DNA of 63,621 nucleotides, filler included, from Reclinomonas americana ATCC 50394 (Eukaryota): NCBI GenBank assembly GCA_048213135.1. It is 15 parts of 15 records of this genome, joined end to end, with 100 filler letters (N's around TTAATTAATTAA, not from the genome) between each part and the next. Parts side by side here need not be neighbours in the genome. Positions count along the whole stretch, not along the records: positions 62,494 to 63,621 come from AFZH01019371.1; 14 more parts are not named here. One strand, 5' to 3'. Shown piece by piece: positions 62,676 to 63,621 of this stretch (position 1 is its first letter; each line of letters starts with the position of its first letter). The notes under the pieces were generated by a model. It saw only the letters and a program-made list of their open reading frames with translations, ran no database searches and was not told where the DNA came from. The position numbers and the translations under genes were made by a program.

Positions 62676-63088
62676 CTTATCACCAGTGTCAGTGCCACGT
62701 GTCAACGCGTTCTGCTGCACATCAGTACGCAGCGCACCCGAGCGCAGATGCACAGTGTCTAACGCACACAGTGAGCAAAGAAGACATGTCACACTCACAC
62801 ACAAGAACACACTCACTGCTGCTGCTCGTGTTGACTGTGCGTCGCACAGAGGGACGACGCGCGGCACCAGCTTGCGCCATGGCACGCACCACTGCATCAG
62901 TGACTAGAGAGAGTGTGTGTGTGAGTGTGAGTGGGCACGTTGGTGGTGGAAATGGCACTTTGGTCGCGCGCGCAACTGTTGTGCTCCGTGGTGGTGCTGG
63001 TGGCAAGAGTCAAAGAGGCGCAGATGGCGAGGAATAGCACCGCCAGCAGCGCCGCAGCGGCAAGAGCCTTGTGGCCTGCGCGCTGCAT
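62676..63088 (-). CDS. 5' exons of a putative secreted protein
   Basis: MQRAGHKALAAAALLAVLFLAICASLTLA is signal-peptide-like and GT-AG introns follow. The downstream frame is ambiguous. Confidence 0.35.
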
Positions 63089-63469
63089 GTTTGGATTGAT
63101 TGAATGAATGAAATTGAGGTTTTGCGTTCGGAAAATTTCCCTGGTGTGTGAACGTCGACGCGAGTGGGCGAGGGAATGAGTACGCGTTGTGAGTGCGCTT
63201 TGGTTCAATCAAGTAATCGGTGAGGGCAGCGCGGAAGAGTGAGACTGGCGCCGGCAGTGTTCGAATTTGGAACCATTTGTCCTGCTGCGAAGAAGTCAGT
63301 ATTCCGCACGAGGAAATGCATGCGGGTGCGCGTTGTGTGGGGCGGTAAAAGCGAAAGCAAGAATCAGCGACGATGAGGTGATTTCGAATTCATGCTGGAT
63401 TTTGATCGAATTCGCGTCGATCGACGTATGCGTCGATGCCCAGGAACGCGAAACAACAACAGATAACAA

Positions 63470-63621
63470 CAACAACAACAACTTTACTAACCCAAACAGC
63501 AACACAGCTGCATGATGATCACCATCTTGACATTTAACAAACAAGCAACAGCTGTCTTGATGACCAAGTTCAACCGTACCCAAAACATCAACACAGACAC
63601 GAATCTTGAGGCAGCAGCAGG
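63470..63621 (+). repeat. Dispersed intergenic repeat family member
   Basis: 63540-63621 matches 691-778 (acagctgtcttgatgaccaa...caaaacatcaacacagacac.aatcttgaggcagcagcagg). 63470-63520 matches the reverse complement of 13610-13665. Confidence 0.8.

Overview
This is an intron-rich eukaryotic scaffold from a flagellated protist (CETN3, RABL2, MYCBPAP-like and Tup1 genes; GT-AG introns often filled with simple repeats). It has 14 N-gaps carrying an artificial TTAATTAATTAA linker, and several genes continue collinearly across them. Two accessory systems stand out. (1) At 43.6-49.4 kb there is a tandem array of at least three intron-containing genes for secreted ~585-aa proteins. Once spliced by hand, they show the ordered catalytic motifs of the glutamine-synthetase-like ligase fold and look specifically like the bacterial actin cross-linking domain (ACD) toxin. 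(2) At 2.2-31.5 kb there is a six-member family of ankyrin / coiled-coil / kinase genes. Four carry IRAK/Pelle/RLK-type kinases, one is a deleted pseudogene, and one carries a HEPN-like domain plus a different kinase. Their ankyrin repeats vary mainly at the predicted binding surface, suggesting an intracellular immune-receptor repertoire. All gene models were spliced by eye and family calls rest on remembered motifs; no searches were run.
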